Assembly (NCBI GenBank): GCA_964016885.1 | Contig: OZ024741.1 | Location: forward strand, 186,744,001-186,808,000 | DNA: 64,000 bases | From: Eledone cirrhosa | Taxonomy: Eukaryota | Direction: 5' to 3' | Shown: positions 40,879 through 53,269 of the stretch, one piece after another | Layout: every line of letters begins with the position of its first letter | Numbering within the stretch: position 1 is the stretch's first letter | Made by a program: the position numbers and the translations under genes | Notes under the pieces: generated by a model | What the model was told of the DNA's origin: nothing | The model's database searches: none | Seen by the model: the letters and a program-made list of their open reading frames with translations, nothing else

Positions 40879-42540
40879 TTCTTCTGGTTTTATAATTTCA
40901 CAAAGTTTTACCAATAGAGAGAGATTCGGTTTCTAACATAGACACAAGACTCTCTCATTGGAATTTACACAACACCAACTAGGTATGTATGCATGCATGT
41001 GAAGATATGGATGTTATTGTATGTATGGATGTGGATGTTTTGAGTTGAATGTGTGTATGTGTATATGCTTTGTATCTGTACATGTGTATATGCAATTATT
41101 AGATGCACAATTTTTGGAATGTTTTACATATTTTTACTGTTCCATTAATGGATTGTACTTGTAATTTCCTAACTAGTTGTGTTCTTTCTGTTCCTATGAA
41201 GCCCAGCTTCTCAAGATTTGTATTGCGGCAGTTACTAACATACCCCAGTGCCCCAATAATCACAGGCATAAATCTGAAGGTGTAATCAGGGTGGAGTATC
41301 TGCAGATTTCTCATCAGTTCTGCATAAATATTCTCCTTTTCACTAATCTTTGATATTATATTGGCATCTGCTGGGCAGCTAATTTCCACTACTGTGCATG
41401 CTTTCTTCTCCCTGTCCCATATAATATCTGGTCTATTATGCCTGCATTTTATTGGGGTTTTTACTGGAACATTCCACCAGTACTCTTTCATATTATGTAC
41501 ATGGATGTCTTCCACATTGCTGTAGCTTTTAATGTGTTTATTATCGGAGCTATCTTTTTCACGAACTGTATTGTAAAGTGTTTTGGCCACTACATCATGC
41601 CTCATACATTGTACAGTGTTTTGGCCACTACATCATGCCTCATAGGTACCGCGATGACATTTTGGACAGCAACTGATGACATGGGTGATATCCTCGATGT
41701 TTGTTCTGTAGAGTCTGCACTTGTTATCACATCTAGGTGTTTTGCGTGCATCCCTATCTCTTTTGTGAATCAGATATTTCGTGTTAATCTCCAGTTCTTG
41801 GATTGCAAAAGCGTATCCTTCAAAGTGGGAGCCAATATAGCGGTTGTTGGTCCAAGATAGACTACTTTCCTTATCTATATTACTCTCACTCTGGAGCTTC
41901 CTGGCAAAATATCAATGCATGATTTTTTGCTGATAAGTATGCTGCTTTTCATCCATGGATTCACTGCGATATTGCTGAGCGACTTACCTGTGTGTGAGTT
42001 TTTGATTATCACACAGGAAATATCTCTCGAGGAGTTCCTTCCCAACTCTCATGATCTTATCTGTTTCATGCAGATCGACTTGTTCGAGAAACGGGCTCCT
42101 ACGCTTCGAGGTTCGTAGATGTTGTCGGAGAGATATGATGCGACTTTCAAATGTTGTCTGGACTGATGTTAGGCTTCGCTCTCCCTGCTTACATTACAAG
42201 TAAAGGCGGTCTATGTCACTGTTGATGTGGTAGTTTCCGGTGTTGTTTAGTATTTTTCGAGTTCCAACACCAATGGCTCGGATTTCGTCTATCGTCCAAT
42301 TGAGTATTCCAAACGTTGGTGTTAGGACAGGCACAGCAAACACATTGTGAGCCACTGTTTTGTTTTGCGCAGAGATCTGATGGCCAGATCTTTCTCTGGT
42401 TACGCGTTATTTATTACAGATACCATTATAGGATATGTTCTCATCTATACCCAGGTATCAGTAGCAGTCTTCATCAGATATCGGTGAAACATTTAAGCCA
42501 TTGATGACAATGTTGCTAGATTGGGTTGTTGTTTTTCCCG
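40879..42540 (-). mobile_element. R4/Dong-like RLE non-LTR retrotransposon, 5'-truncated and degraded
   Basis: VPVLTPTFGILNW...DIDRLYL post-RT region, RHDVVAK, HNRPDI, VEISCP, KENIY (PD-(D/E)xK); 3' end abuts (CATA)n at 40826-40878. Confidence 0.88.
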
Positions 42541-42556
42541 CTTTATGTATGTATGT

Positions 42557-43750
42557 TCTTAAATTTCACAAATTTTTTGCCAATAGAGAGAGAGTCTGTT
42601 CCTAACAAAGGCACAAGACTCTTTCATTGGAATTTACACAACATCAACTAGGTAGATTATGTATGCATGCATGCATGTGTAGATATGGATGTTATTGTAT
42701 GTGTGGATGCGGATGTTTTAAGTTGTATGTGTGCATGTGTATATACTTTGTATCTGTACATGTGTATATGCAGTTATTAGAGGCAAAATTTTGGGAATGT
42801 TTTACATATTTTTACTGTTCCATTAATGGATTGTACTTGTAATTTCCTAACTAGTTGTGTTCTTTCTGTTCCTGTGAAGCCTAGTTTCTCAAGATTTGTA
42901 TTGAGGCAGTTACTAACATACCCCAGTGCCCCAACAATCACAGGCATAAATCTGAAGGTATAATCACGGTGGGGTACCTGCAGATTTCTCATCAGTTCTG
43001 CATAAATATTCTCCTTTTCACTAATCTTTGATATTATATTGGAATCTGCTGGGCAGCTAATTTCCACTACTCTGCATGCCTTCTTTTCCCTGTCCCATAT
43101 CATTATGTCTGGTCTGTTATGCCTGCATTTTATTGGGGTTTTTATTGGAACATTCCACCAGTACTCTTTCATATTATGTACATGGATGTCGTTCACATTG
43201 TTGTAGCTTTTAATGTGTTTATTATCGGGCTATATTTTTTACGGATTGCATTGTACAATGTTTTGGCCACTACATCATGCCTCATAGGTAGATAGTACCG
43301 CGATGACATCTTTGGACAGCTGCTGATGACATGGTTGATATCCTCGATGTTAGTTCTGCAGAGTCTGCACTTGTTATCACATCTAAGTGTTTTGCCTGCA
43401 TCCCTATCTCTTTTGTGAATCAGGTATTTCGTGTTAATCTCCTGTTCTTGGATTGCAAAAGCGTATCCTTCAAAGTGGGAGCCAATATAGCGGTTGTTGG
43501 TCCAAGATAAACTACTTTCTTTATCTATATTACTCTCACTCTGTAGTTTCCTGGCAATATATCCATGCATGATTATTTGATGATAAGCATGTAGTTTTTC
43601 ATCCATGGATTCACTGCGATACTGCTTAGCGACTTCCCTGTGTGTGAGATTTTGATTATCACATAGGGAATATCTCTCGAGAAGTTCCTTCCCAATTCTC
43701 ATGATCTTATCTGTTTCATGCAGATAGACTTGCTCGAGAGACGGGCTCCT
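42557..43750 (-). mobile_element. Second R4/Dong-like copy of the same family
   Basis: AIQEQEI, CRLCRTNIEDINHVISSC (CCHC), RHD, RPD, EISCP; (ATGT)n on both sides (42544-42556, 43751-43805). Confidence 0.9.
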
Positions 43751-43805
43751 ATGTATGTATGTATGTATGTATGTATGTATGTATGTATGTATGTATGTAT
43801 GTATG

Positions 43806-44420
43806 TCAGGTCACCAGTTGGTGCTACTGGTAACATGTATCCCAGTACAACCTGTCTCATGGTCGGGTCGTTGGCGACTAAACTGGCAACCACACCAAGG
43901 TTTCTTGGTGAGGACGGTGACTTTGGACATCCTGCAGGACTAAAATCAAAACCTGTCAAAGGGCAAAGGAGCTCTTAAGAGTCAATGGCCATCCAAAATC
44001 ACCGGGAGAGATGACCCCTTAGCCTTTGTCAATGCAGAATTCTAGGAGAAGGAAAACTCTGATATAACACCTGCAACTCTGATGGTATCCAATGATGTTG
44101 ACTTGTTCTTCTTTTTGGTAAATATCATCTTGATTAAGAGAGTGGGACTGGCTTTGTGCAGTGCCTTTCCTGACTATAAAAGCTTCACGGCACAGGCATT
44201 GCTTTATATCTGGAGATCTCTCTGCACTTTTCGTCACATGGTACCATGGGCCCAGCACTATGTGTCAATAATTGTCACAGGTGTAGTGTTTGTACACAAG
44301 TGTAGTGTTTTCAAGTCGCTGGCTAGACTAAAAAGTCACACTCGTTCAGTGCATCGGTAGCGGTTCTCCTACATGGATATAAAGTAGTGGCCGTACTCGA
44401 AAACGAGTTAGCAGCCACCA
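43806..44420 (-). mobile_element. About 615-bp non-coding interspersed element flanked by (CATA)n; partial copy at 52184-52520
   Basis: 44077-44420 closely matches 52184-52520; no recognisable ORF; (ATGT)n both sides. Orientation inferred. Confidence 0.7.
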
Positions 44421-44704
44421 TGTATGTATGTATGTGTGCATTTTCTCCAGTATATAGAGAGAGCCTGCTTTTATCACAGAATCGAAATTGATATTGAAAT
44501 TGAAATTTATAGATCAATTATGTAAATATACATATATGTCTGTATCTGTTTGTGTATGTGAAGGAATGGATGTTATTGCATGTGGATCGGTAGGTTTTGA
44601 ATTATATGTCCACACATACTTTTGTTTCTATATCTACTCGTGTGTGTATGCATATATATGTATGCGTGAAAGTATGCTTGTATGTATGTATATATGTATG
44701 TATG

Positions 44705-45540
44705 TTCTCTCTTTCTCTTAATTTCGAGTATATTTTTGACCGGCCACCTTCCTGTTGGCAAGGTTGTAAAAGAAAAGAAATTGTCATCCCTTGAATCGCA
44801 AGAATGTTTTGCAAATTTTGAAGGTGCCAGCTATCGCAGCCATTTGTAGACTATGAATTAGGGAGCTGCGCTCTCTGTCCGCAAATCCAAGTTCAGTTAT
44901 ACATTGGTCCAAGCGGGTTGGTATATAACCCGTAGCTCCAATAATGATGGGTAAGAAGCTAAAGGTGTATCTTGGATACTGGATTTATAAACTCCTCATC
45001 AATGGTCCGTAGATGTCCTCCTTCTCCTGTATTTTTCTGACAACGTTTACATCTAGTGGGCAGCTGATCTCCACAACAGAACACGTTTTCAATGTGTGGT
45101 CCCATACAACAATATCAGGCCGGTTATGCTTTAATATGGTGGCCGTTTTTATTTTCAGGTTCCACCAGTATTCCTTAGTGCCACCTGTCTCAATATATTC
45201 TTCCTCGTTTGTTTTTAATTTTGTTTTCCGAAGTGCGTTCTAGATGGTTCTAGCTATCCCATCGTGTCTCATGGGGAGGTAGTAGCAAAATGACATTCTT
45301 TCGCAGCTGGCAACAATGTGGCTTACATCTTCGATCTTTGTTTTACATAGCCTGCATTTATTGTCAGCTGATGGCCCTCCTGTTTTGTGCAGCAGATATT
45401 TGGTAGGGAGTTCTTGTTCCTGTATTGCATAGAAATATCCCTCAAGGTGTGATGTCATAAACTTGGCGGAACTCCATGCCAGGCTTTTTGAGTGGTTTAT
45501 CCCCTTTCTGGTCTGTGTTTTACGTCTCAAGTATCCATGT
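44705..45540 (-). mobile_element. Third, divergent R4/Dong-like RLE fragment
   Basis: SHLEGYFYAIQEQELPTKY, CRLCKTKIEDVSHIVASC, RHD, HNRPDIVVWD, EISCPLD; (ATGT)n at both ends. Confidence 0.85.
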
Positions 45541-45551
45541 ATGTATGTATG

Positions 45552-45617
<66 letters not shown>

Positions 45618-45622
<5 letters not shown>

Positions 45623-46317
45623 TTGTTTTGCAAGGTTTTTGATATGAAATCGTGTGTCGAAACAAATATTGTTATACTTGGCGAGGGTCATATTGTTGTA
45701 ATAATATTGCCAGAAATAATAACAGAACACACTCACTGCTTGGGTGGTTTTCGCTTCTGTATCTTTTATATCCCCATAGTTAATTTATTTGGTAATCAAT
45801 GTTTATCATTGACTGAACAACGGTTCAAAGTTCATTCGTTGCACATCTGCAACATCATCAGTGGTATTATTATGTTTCCTCCTGTTGTATTGTATGTCTA
45901 CGCCATTTTAATTTTATTTATTTATTTATTTATTTATTTCTTCTTGACTCCGTCTCTGCGCATGCGTTTGCGTGTGTCTATAATGTTTGGTGTGTGTGTC
46001 TGCGTTTGAGTGTATGTGTTTTTGTTTTTGTATTCTATCTTTGTTTACTAGTGAGTGGTTTATATGTGTTTGTTGGTATTGCACTTGTGTATATATTTAT
46101 TTATATTCCTCTTAAGTCAGTATTTTTGTTTGGGTATGGTTGTTGTTGTTATTCTATTCATTTTCTCTCTTTAACTTTTGTCTTCTTTCCAAATGAATTA
46201 ACTATGGAGATATAAAAGATACAGAAGCGAAAACCAACCAAACAGTGAGTGTGTTCTGTTATTATTTCTGGCAATATTATTACAACAATATGACCCTCCC
46301 CAAGTATAACAATATTT
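45618..46317. mobile_element. Penelope pLTR-related element with inverted ends and decayed hammerhead
   Basis: 45665-45780 inverted at 46200-46316; end resembles the 14350-15470 element; minus 45826-45863 CA-CTGATGA-TGTTGCAGATGTGCAAC-GAAT-GAAC-TT-TG. Confidence 0.7.
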
Positions 46318-46324
46318 ATATATA

Positions 46325-46690
46325 TATAAGTTAAAACAATGAAATAAAAAAATCAAGTCATTAGAGATATACTTCACTGCTTTACGATCGTTTCTAGATG
46401 GCGATAATACATTGTATCTATACTCAGTTATTATGTAAGTTTACAAACTATCAGATAGAGAGAATATTTACTTACCTGCATATCACCAGCTGTTTTCAAA
46501 ACAAACATTTTTTAAAACAGCTGGTGATATGCATGTAAGTAAATATTCTCTCTATCTGATAGTTTGTAAACTTACATAGATCAATAACTGAGTATAGATA
46601 CAATGTATTATCACCATCTAGAAACGATCGTAAAGCAGTGAATTATAACTCTAATCACTTGATTTTTTTATTTCATTGTTTTAACTTATA
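46325..46690. repeat. Near-perfect fold-back element (about 175-bp arms) next to (TA)n
   Basis: 46325-46497 inverted versus 46514-46690; arms stop just inside AAAACAGCTG. Confidence 0.9.
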
Positions 46691-46818
46691 TCATGACTCT
46701 GTTTTCCTTTTAATGTTTTATTGTTTTCTGAGATTTATCTTAACCTACAACATTTTCAACATATGGATTACATCGAGTTCTTCATACAGAATAGACCCCA
46801 CAACTTACAGTGGATACC

Positions 46819-46889
<71 letters not shown>

Positions 46890-46933
46890 AAGTTAAATAA
46901 AAGTCAAATGATTAAAATTTAGCTTCGTTTATT

Positions 46934-46988
46934 ACTGCTATATATATTTCAGTGACAGCCATCTTTGGCTGTGACCTCTTCAGGCAGT
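46934..46988 (-). ncRNA. Type I hammerhead motif
   Basis: Reverse complement of 47214-47268. Confidence 0.85.
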
Positions 46989-47213
46989 TTGAATTAGTAT
47001 GGTATAGACAAGTACATATGTTGTTTAGGTGTATGATATTGTCAATACTCTGATATGCCCAGTTCCTTGTTGGGTTGTTAATTCACTGGGGAACTGGAGT
47101 CATATCAGTTCCTCAGTGAATTAACAACTCAACAAGGAACTGGGCATATCAGAGTATTGACAATATCATACACCTAAACAACATATGTACTTGTCTATAC
47201 CATACTAATTCAA

Positions 47214-47268
47214 ACTGCCTGAAGAGGTCACAGCCAAAGATGGCTGTCACTGAAATATATATAGCAGT
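47214..47268 (+). ncRNA. Type I hammerhead motif
   Basis: ACTGC-CTGAAGA-GGTCACAGCCA AAGA TGGCTGTCACT-GAAA-TATATA-TA-GCAGT. Confidence 0.87.
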
Positions 47269-47414
47269 AATAAACGAAGCTAAATTTTAATCATTTGACT
47301 TTTATTTAACTTTATTTTACACTACTCCGGAGTAACCAAACCAACCTGCGCACTTCGTCGAGTGCTCCAGCCTGCATACTGAGGTGTTGGTATACAACCA
47401 ACATAAAACATAAA

Positions 47415-47502
<88 letters not shown>

Positions 47503-47504
<2 letters not shown>

Positions 47505-48705
47505 GAGGGTTAACTGAAACGTTCATAAGTGACCAAGACACTCTCATGGAATGTAAAAATGTGAATAGGTAAGATGTACCTCCTTGCGATCCATCGGTGG
47601 TTCAGTGCTTGGCTCTCAGTGGTGAAGAAACTTTCCTCTTGTTGGTCAAACAAAGTCATCAATAGTAGGTATGACATCCTCATCACCTGGTTCCTAGCCA
47701 AGTGGATGTTCATGTTTGGGAACAGATGAAAGTCAAATGAATCCCAATCAGGAAAATAGGGTGAGTGATCAGCCAGTAAAAAACCACAGTTAAGCACAAC
47801 AGCCATTGAAATCAAGGGCTTGTCTGCTGGGGCATTGTTCTGATGAACAAGACACCTTTCGTCAGTTTTCCTGGGCGTTTTGGTCTTAATAGCCTTTTTC
47901 AAATACCCCCAGCAAGCTGTCATAATACTCTCCATTGATGGCGTGCCCCTTTTGAAGATAGTCAATAAACACAATACTATTTGCATCCCTAAAAACTGAG
48001 GCCATCACCTTCCCCGCAGATAAAAGATGGCCTTCTATGAAGCTGGTGAGGAGGAGTGGTTCCACTGCATGAATTGCCCCTTTGTGTCTGGCTCAGAGAG
48101 ATAAACCGAACACTCATCCTGGGTTAGGAAACGTTAAAGGAAACCAGCTTGATCTCCTTCACACAATATCAGATTTTCTCATGATGTTATCAACCTGGTG
48201 TGCTTTTGTTCAGGTGTCAGAAGCCATGGAACCCACTGAGCAAACGCCGTCGTTTATGCCAAAGTCATTGTGCAAAATATTCTCTCATGGGATATACAAG
48301 TAGCATTTGCTATTTCATTTATAGTCAATAGCCTGTCATCTATCACCAAGTTGTGAAAAAGCTCAATGATTTCTTGGGTCATCTTCAATAATGTCCTTTC
48401 CCTTCCCAAATGAATCTGCCCATTTTTGCATTGTTGATAAACGTGGCAATCGTGTCAGCATGAATTTCCTTTGGCGCTAAACCCCTTTTCTTCAGGTACT
48501 TCATAATACCACGATGCTAAATTTTGTCCATTTTCAAGATATATAGCTACTAGTCACTGTTGAATACTTTATTTGAACAGTCAGATATCAGTGGAACAAA
48601 CAAGGCAGTTACTATTACGAAGATTTGAAATTAATGCATGTAAGATCTCATAAATCTAGCATCACTCCTTCTTTGTCAGTCTGTGAACTTTGCAGTTCAA
48701 AGTTG
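47503..48705 (-). mobile_element. Degraded mariner transposon
   Basis: LVHQNNAPA...HSPYFPDWDSFDFHLFPNM matches HDNAPxH...HPPYSPDLAPSDFHLF; TIR remnants AACTGAAACGTTCA / AACTGCAAAGTTCA. Confidence 0.85.
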
Positions 48706-48751
48706 ATGATATATGTATAAATACACACACACACACACACACACACACACG

Positions 48752-48848
<97 letters not shown>

Positions 48849-48990
48849 ACACATATATATATATATAGTAGACATACATATATATATGCAAGAGATGTCA
48901 ACATGAATAGACCTGTTATTTTTATCTAAAGACATTTTTTTCCAATTCCATCCCGCCCGTCCCCTCAATCTATCTTATTTCTCATTCTTT

Positions 48991-49024
48991 CTTCCGATGA
49001 AGGACTAGCGTCCGAAATGTTAAG
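48991..49024 (+). ncRNA. Decayed minimal hammerhead motif
   Basis: CTT-CCGATGA-AGGAC TAGC GTCC-GAAA-TG-TT-AAG; U4 mutated. Confidence 0.5.
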
Positions 49025-49856
49025 TCCTTCTTCCTGCTATTTGAAACGTCAACCTAATATATACCTTCCATATACTGTACCGATTGTGTTGTTATTTATG
49101 TTTACTATTTACATACATATATATATTATATATTCAAATATTGTCAACATTTTAATTCCTGACCTTCCCGGACCTCGCTAATCACAGCTCACAAACCCAC
49201 ATTACAGCTCGAGAACGAACTCCACGATAACCAATATGTTCAAACTACATATATGGATATGCATATATATATATTTAACTCTGATACTGGTTCAGTCTAG
49301 TTCAACCGGATTGGTCTGTCCCAGTCATTCATTGAGCAACATCGGTGAAGTTGGCACCCTTAACTCATGGTTGGGTGCGGATGCAGTCATGTATATGTGT
49401 GTGTCCGCATGTATCTGTGTGTTTCTAAATATATTGTTAATAACACCCTCTGGTCGAGCAATCTTTGAAGTGTGGGGACTGCTGGAAAGCTTCCATTACT
49501 CATACTTCTCGCCCCCTTCACCACCTCTTCTACGGCCTCGATATAAATACCCCCTCCGCCTCCGTGGTATTTTCTTCGGGGTTATAAGAGGCTTAGCTCT
49601 GTTTCTCGACCGTTATATCGCGTGACTATCTCCCCCTCCGCCTTTTGGGATTCTTTCTCACGTCGTGTAGACGCGTTCTTGAGACTAGTAAAATGAGGTA
49701 TCCTCTTGATAAGTCGGCAGACCTCGCAAGGACTCTATATCTTTATGATGTATTGTTTTTGTTTATGCCACGAAACTACGTAGTCGAGGAATCTAGGAGT
49801 AGTTTAGGTATGATACATTTTATTACTAATTATATCTAAATGTTTCTTCTCTCTTC

Positions 49857-49892
<36 letters not shown>

Positions 49893-49964
49893 GAGGAGGT
49901 TATAGTTACCTTGAAGCATTGACTTGGCAAGCTATTTAGAATGCTGGTTTGAGACCTTTATTTC

Positions 49965-49999
49965 CCTCTGAAGAAGAGATATTATCTCGAAAATTAAGG
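49965..49999 (+). ncRNA. Very compact type I hammerhead motif in a (TA)n-flanked element
   Basis: CCT-CTGAAGA-AGAGAT ATT ATCTC-GAAA-AT-TA-AGG. Confidence 0.7.
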
Positions 50000-50129
50000 A
50001 CATTTAAATAAATCTAAGGTAAAAGACTAATTGTCAACAATATCTTTTGCATTTGCATTCTTTATTCTATGTCCATACCTGCATTGTTTTGGCTTTATTA
50101 TACATATTCAAACGTTTATATAGATATAG

Positions 50130-50310
50130 TAATAATAATAATAAATTAAAAGACTAAAATCCAAAGAGGGCTCGATAAGGATAAATATATATCAAATATA
50201 TAAGAACCCTAGAGCAAATATTTATTAAAATAACAGATTAAAGTTTAAGCAAATAATCGTTAAGTGTGAAAGCAGCGATTCTTTGTTTAAACTTTATTCT
50301 GTTATTTTAA
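50130..50310. repeat. Asymmetric fold-back element; second copy at 59135-59362
   Basis: Shared left part (GACTAAAATCCAAAGAGGGCTCGATAAGG...) and shared right end (CTGTTATTTTAATATATA), different centres. Confidence 0.85.
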
Positions 50311-50423
50311 TATATATATATATATATATATGCAGAAGTTATATTTAATTTGTTGGGATTCAACAAGCTGAAAAATGTTTATAACTGATATAAAGCACTC
50401 AACAATTTAGTGGAGTAAATACA

Positions 50424-50661
50424 CAATATATTAATAAATGGAAACTATATTTATAAAACCATTTTTATTTTATTATACATATTTCAAGGGCAACCAAGGC
50501 AAATTATGGTGCGCTTTATGGGTATGTCAATGTTTATTTATAAAACAAATCTGTATTTTATCTGATGAAAGCGCACCATAATTTGCCTTGGTTGCCCTTG
50601 AAATATATATAATAAAATAAATATGGTTTTATAAATATAGTTTCCATTTATTAATATATTG
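50424..50661. repeat. Fold-back element with hammerhead at 50555-50618 (+)
   Basis: ATTTTAT-CTGATGA-AAGCGCA...TTGCCCTT-GAAA-TATATA-TA-ATAAAAT; left arm 50424-50517 is truncated inside the motif. Confidence 0.82.
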
Positions 50662-50677
50662 TATATACATACATATA

Positions 50678-50888
50678 TATATAATCAATAACAAAGAACG
50701 CCTATGGCATATGCATATCTTTACTTGCTAACATTGTTTCATCCGCACTATAAGTGGGACTCATCAGAGCATAAAGGTTGACTACATATCACACATGCTC
50801 TGATGAGTCCCACTTATAGTGCGGATGAAACGATGTTAGCAAGTAAAGATATGCATATGCCATAGGCGTTCTTTGTTATTGATTATAT
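50678..50888. repeat. Fold-back element with two outward-facing hammerheads (50726-50771 minus; 50796-50841 plus)
   Basis: TGCT-CTGATGA-GTCCCAC TTATA GTGCGGAT-GAAA-CGATG-TT-AGCA; about 95-bp arms. Confidence 0.87.
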
Positions 50889-51014
50889 CACGGCTCTGTC
50901 CTCAGACATCGAGCTAACCTTATACTGCCTGTTGGATAAGTGGAGTGTTATACACCCCTGATCCTCTCCCTAATATACATATATATATATATACATACAC
51001 ACACACATATATAG

Positions 51015-51101
<87 letters not shown>

Positions 51102-51242
51102 GGAAAACAATAACTTCACTTGTAGTTCTAAACAATTTAATTTAATTTTATATTATGATTTTACAATTTGGTTTCGTAGATCTAGTAAGTTCTTTGTTAA
51201 CCTCGGCGGGGAGATTATATATATGTATATACATACACACAC

Positions 51243-51287
<45 letters not shown>

Positions 51288-51333
51288 CGCGCGTGTGTGT
51301 GTGTGTATGTGTGTGTGCGCGTGTGTGTGTGTA

Positions 51334-51449
<116 letters not shown>

Positions 51450-52076
51450 TTTTAGTCCAGAATTAGCCGTCGAAACGGCTAGAGCTCAGCCGTCGGGGTC
51501 CTACTCGTTCCTATTACCCACTCCACTACCCTAAGTATTGAGTACTTTGGTGCGTTATGGTCCACCTGGTTCCTTACCACATTTCCTTCGTTATATATAT
51601 ATATATATACATTTATGAATATGTGTATATATACGTTCTTGTATGCGTGCGGTTGTGTGCCAGTATTTAGTCGATCATATCGAGTTCGTAACTCATGTTT
51701 TATGACTTTGTCTCCGTATGTGTGTATGTTCGTGTGTGTGTGTGTGTGTTTCTGTGAGTGTGTATGTATGTGTGTGTCTGTGTGTCTGTGACCCAAATGA
51801 TAAATTATACACTTAGACTCACTGGCAGAGACCCGCCCTCTCCACTTGCAGGCATGCTTATAACGCACACACGGACACATGCAATAAAATACACCCGTAC
51901 CTATTTTGTATGTCAATGTGTCTTTTTTTTTTAAACACACTAACAAATACCCATATATGTGTGCGCGCAAACACACATACATACACACACACATAACACA
52001 CATACACACCTATGTATGCATGTATGTATGTATGTATGTATGTATAGATAGATAGATAGATAGATAGATGTGTGCA

Positions 52077-52171
<95 letters not shown>

Positions 52172-52183
52172 GTGTATATATAC

Positions 52184-52520
52184 CCTGATGGTATCCAATG
52201 ATGTTGACTTGTTCTTCTTTTTGGTAAATATCATCTTGGTTAAGAGAGTGGGACTGGCTTTGTGCAGTGCCTTTGCTCACTATAAAAGCTTCACGGCACA
52301 GGCATTGCTTTATATCTGGAGATCTCTCTGCACTTGTCCTCACATGGTACCATGGGCCCAGCACTATGTGTCAATAATTGTCACAAGTGTAGTGTTTGTA
52401 CCAGAGTTTTCAAGTCGCTGGCTGGACTAAAAAGTCACACTCGTTCAGCGCTTCGGTAGGGGTTCTCCTACATGGATATAAAGTAGTGGCCGTACTCGAA
52501 AACGAGTTGGCAGCCACCAT
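52184..52520 (-). mobile_element. Partial copy of the 43806-44420 element within (TA)n
   Basis: High similarity to 44077-44420. Confidence 0.75.
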
Positions 52521-52565
52521 ATATATATATATATATATATATGCATATATATATATATATATAAA

Positions 52566-52611
<46 letters not shown>

Positions 52612-52725
52612 GAACGTAAATATATACATATACATATATATAGACACACACACATATACATATATATATAGACACACACACATATATATATATATGTATA
52701 TGTATATATATATGTGTGAATATAG

Positions 52726-52785
<60 letters not shown>

Positions 52786-52828
52786 AAATGTATATATATA
52801 TATATATATTTTCATACATACATACATA

Positions 52829-52920
<92 letters not shown>

Positions 52921-53169
52921 TATATAAGTATATATGTATGTGTGTGTGTATGTATACATAATATATAAACATACTTCCGTACAGATTTTCACACGCGCGC
53001 ACGGGTACTGTGTCGGTATGGGTTTAAGGAGAGGAGGCGATGGGGGGGGGGGGGGGGCAGTGCTGTGCTGTGAAATGTATCATCGGTTCGCACGTGCCCA
53101 TATGTCTGCTGCCTGTTATTGCGCGGACTGTCGGCATCCCGTTCCCACGGCTATCGCATAACAACTCAC

Positions 53170-53189
53170 CTTCTCGCCGCCGCCGCCAT
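53170..53189 (-). other. Candidate first coding exon of a host gene (MAAAAR...)
   Basis: Minus strand GGCG-ATG GCG GCG GCG GCG AGA AG|GTGAGT in a CpG-rich non-repeat patch (52990-53270). Confidence 0.45.
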
Positions 53190-53269
53190 CGCCTTTGAAC
53201 ATTATTTCGGCAACAATGAGACAAAAGAGGAAATCTTATCCCCTTCACTCACTCCCACCCGGAGGTTAA

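Larger units (their letters stand above)
46881..47318. repeat. Near-perfect fold-back element (about 215-bp arms) with two outward-facing hammerheads
   Basis: 46881-47096 inverted versus 47106-47318; starts in (TA)n. Confidence 0.93.

Noticed and set aside
44385-44420. HDV-like ribozyme at the element end (G-U-closed 8-bp helix)
   Set aside because: No room for P2, the loop is UUUU rather than an L3 able to form P1.1, and no J4/2 was found
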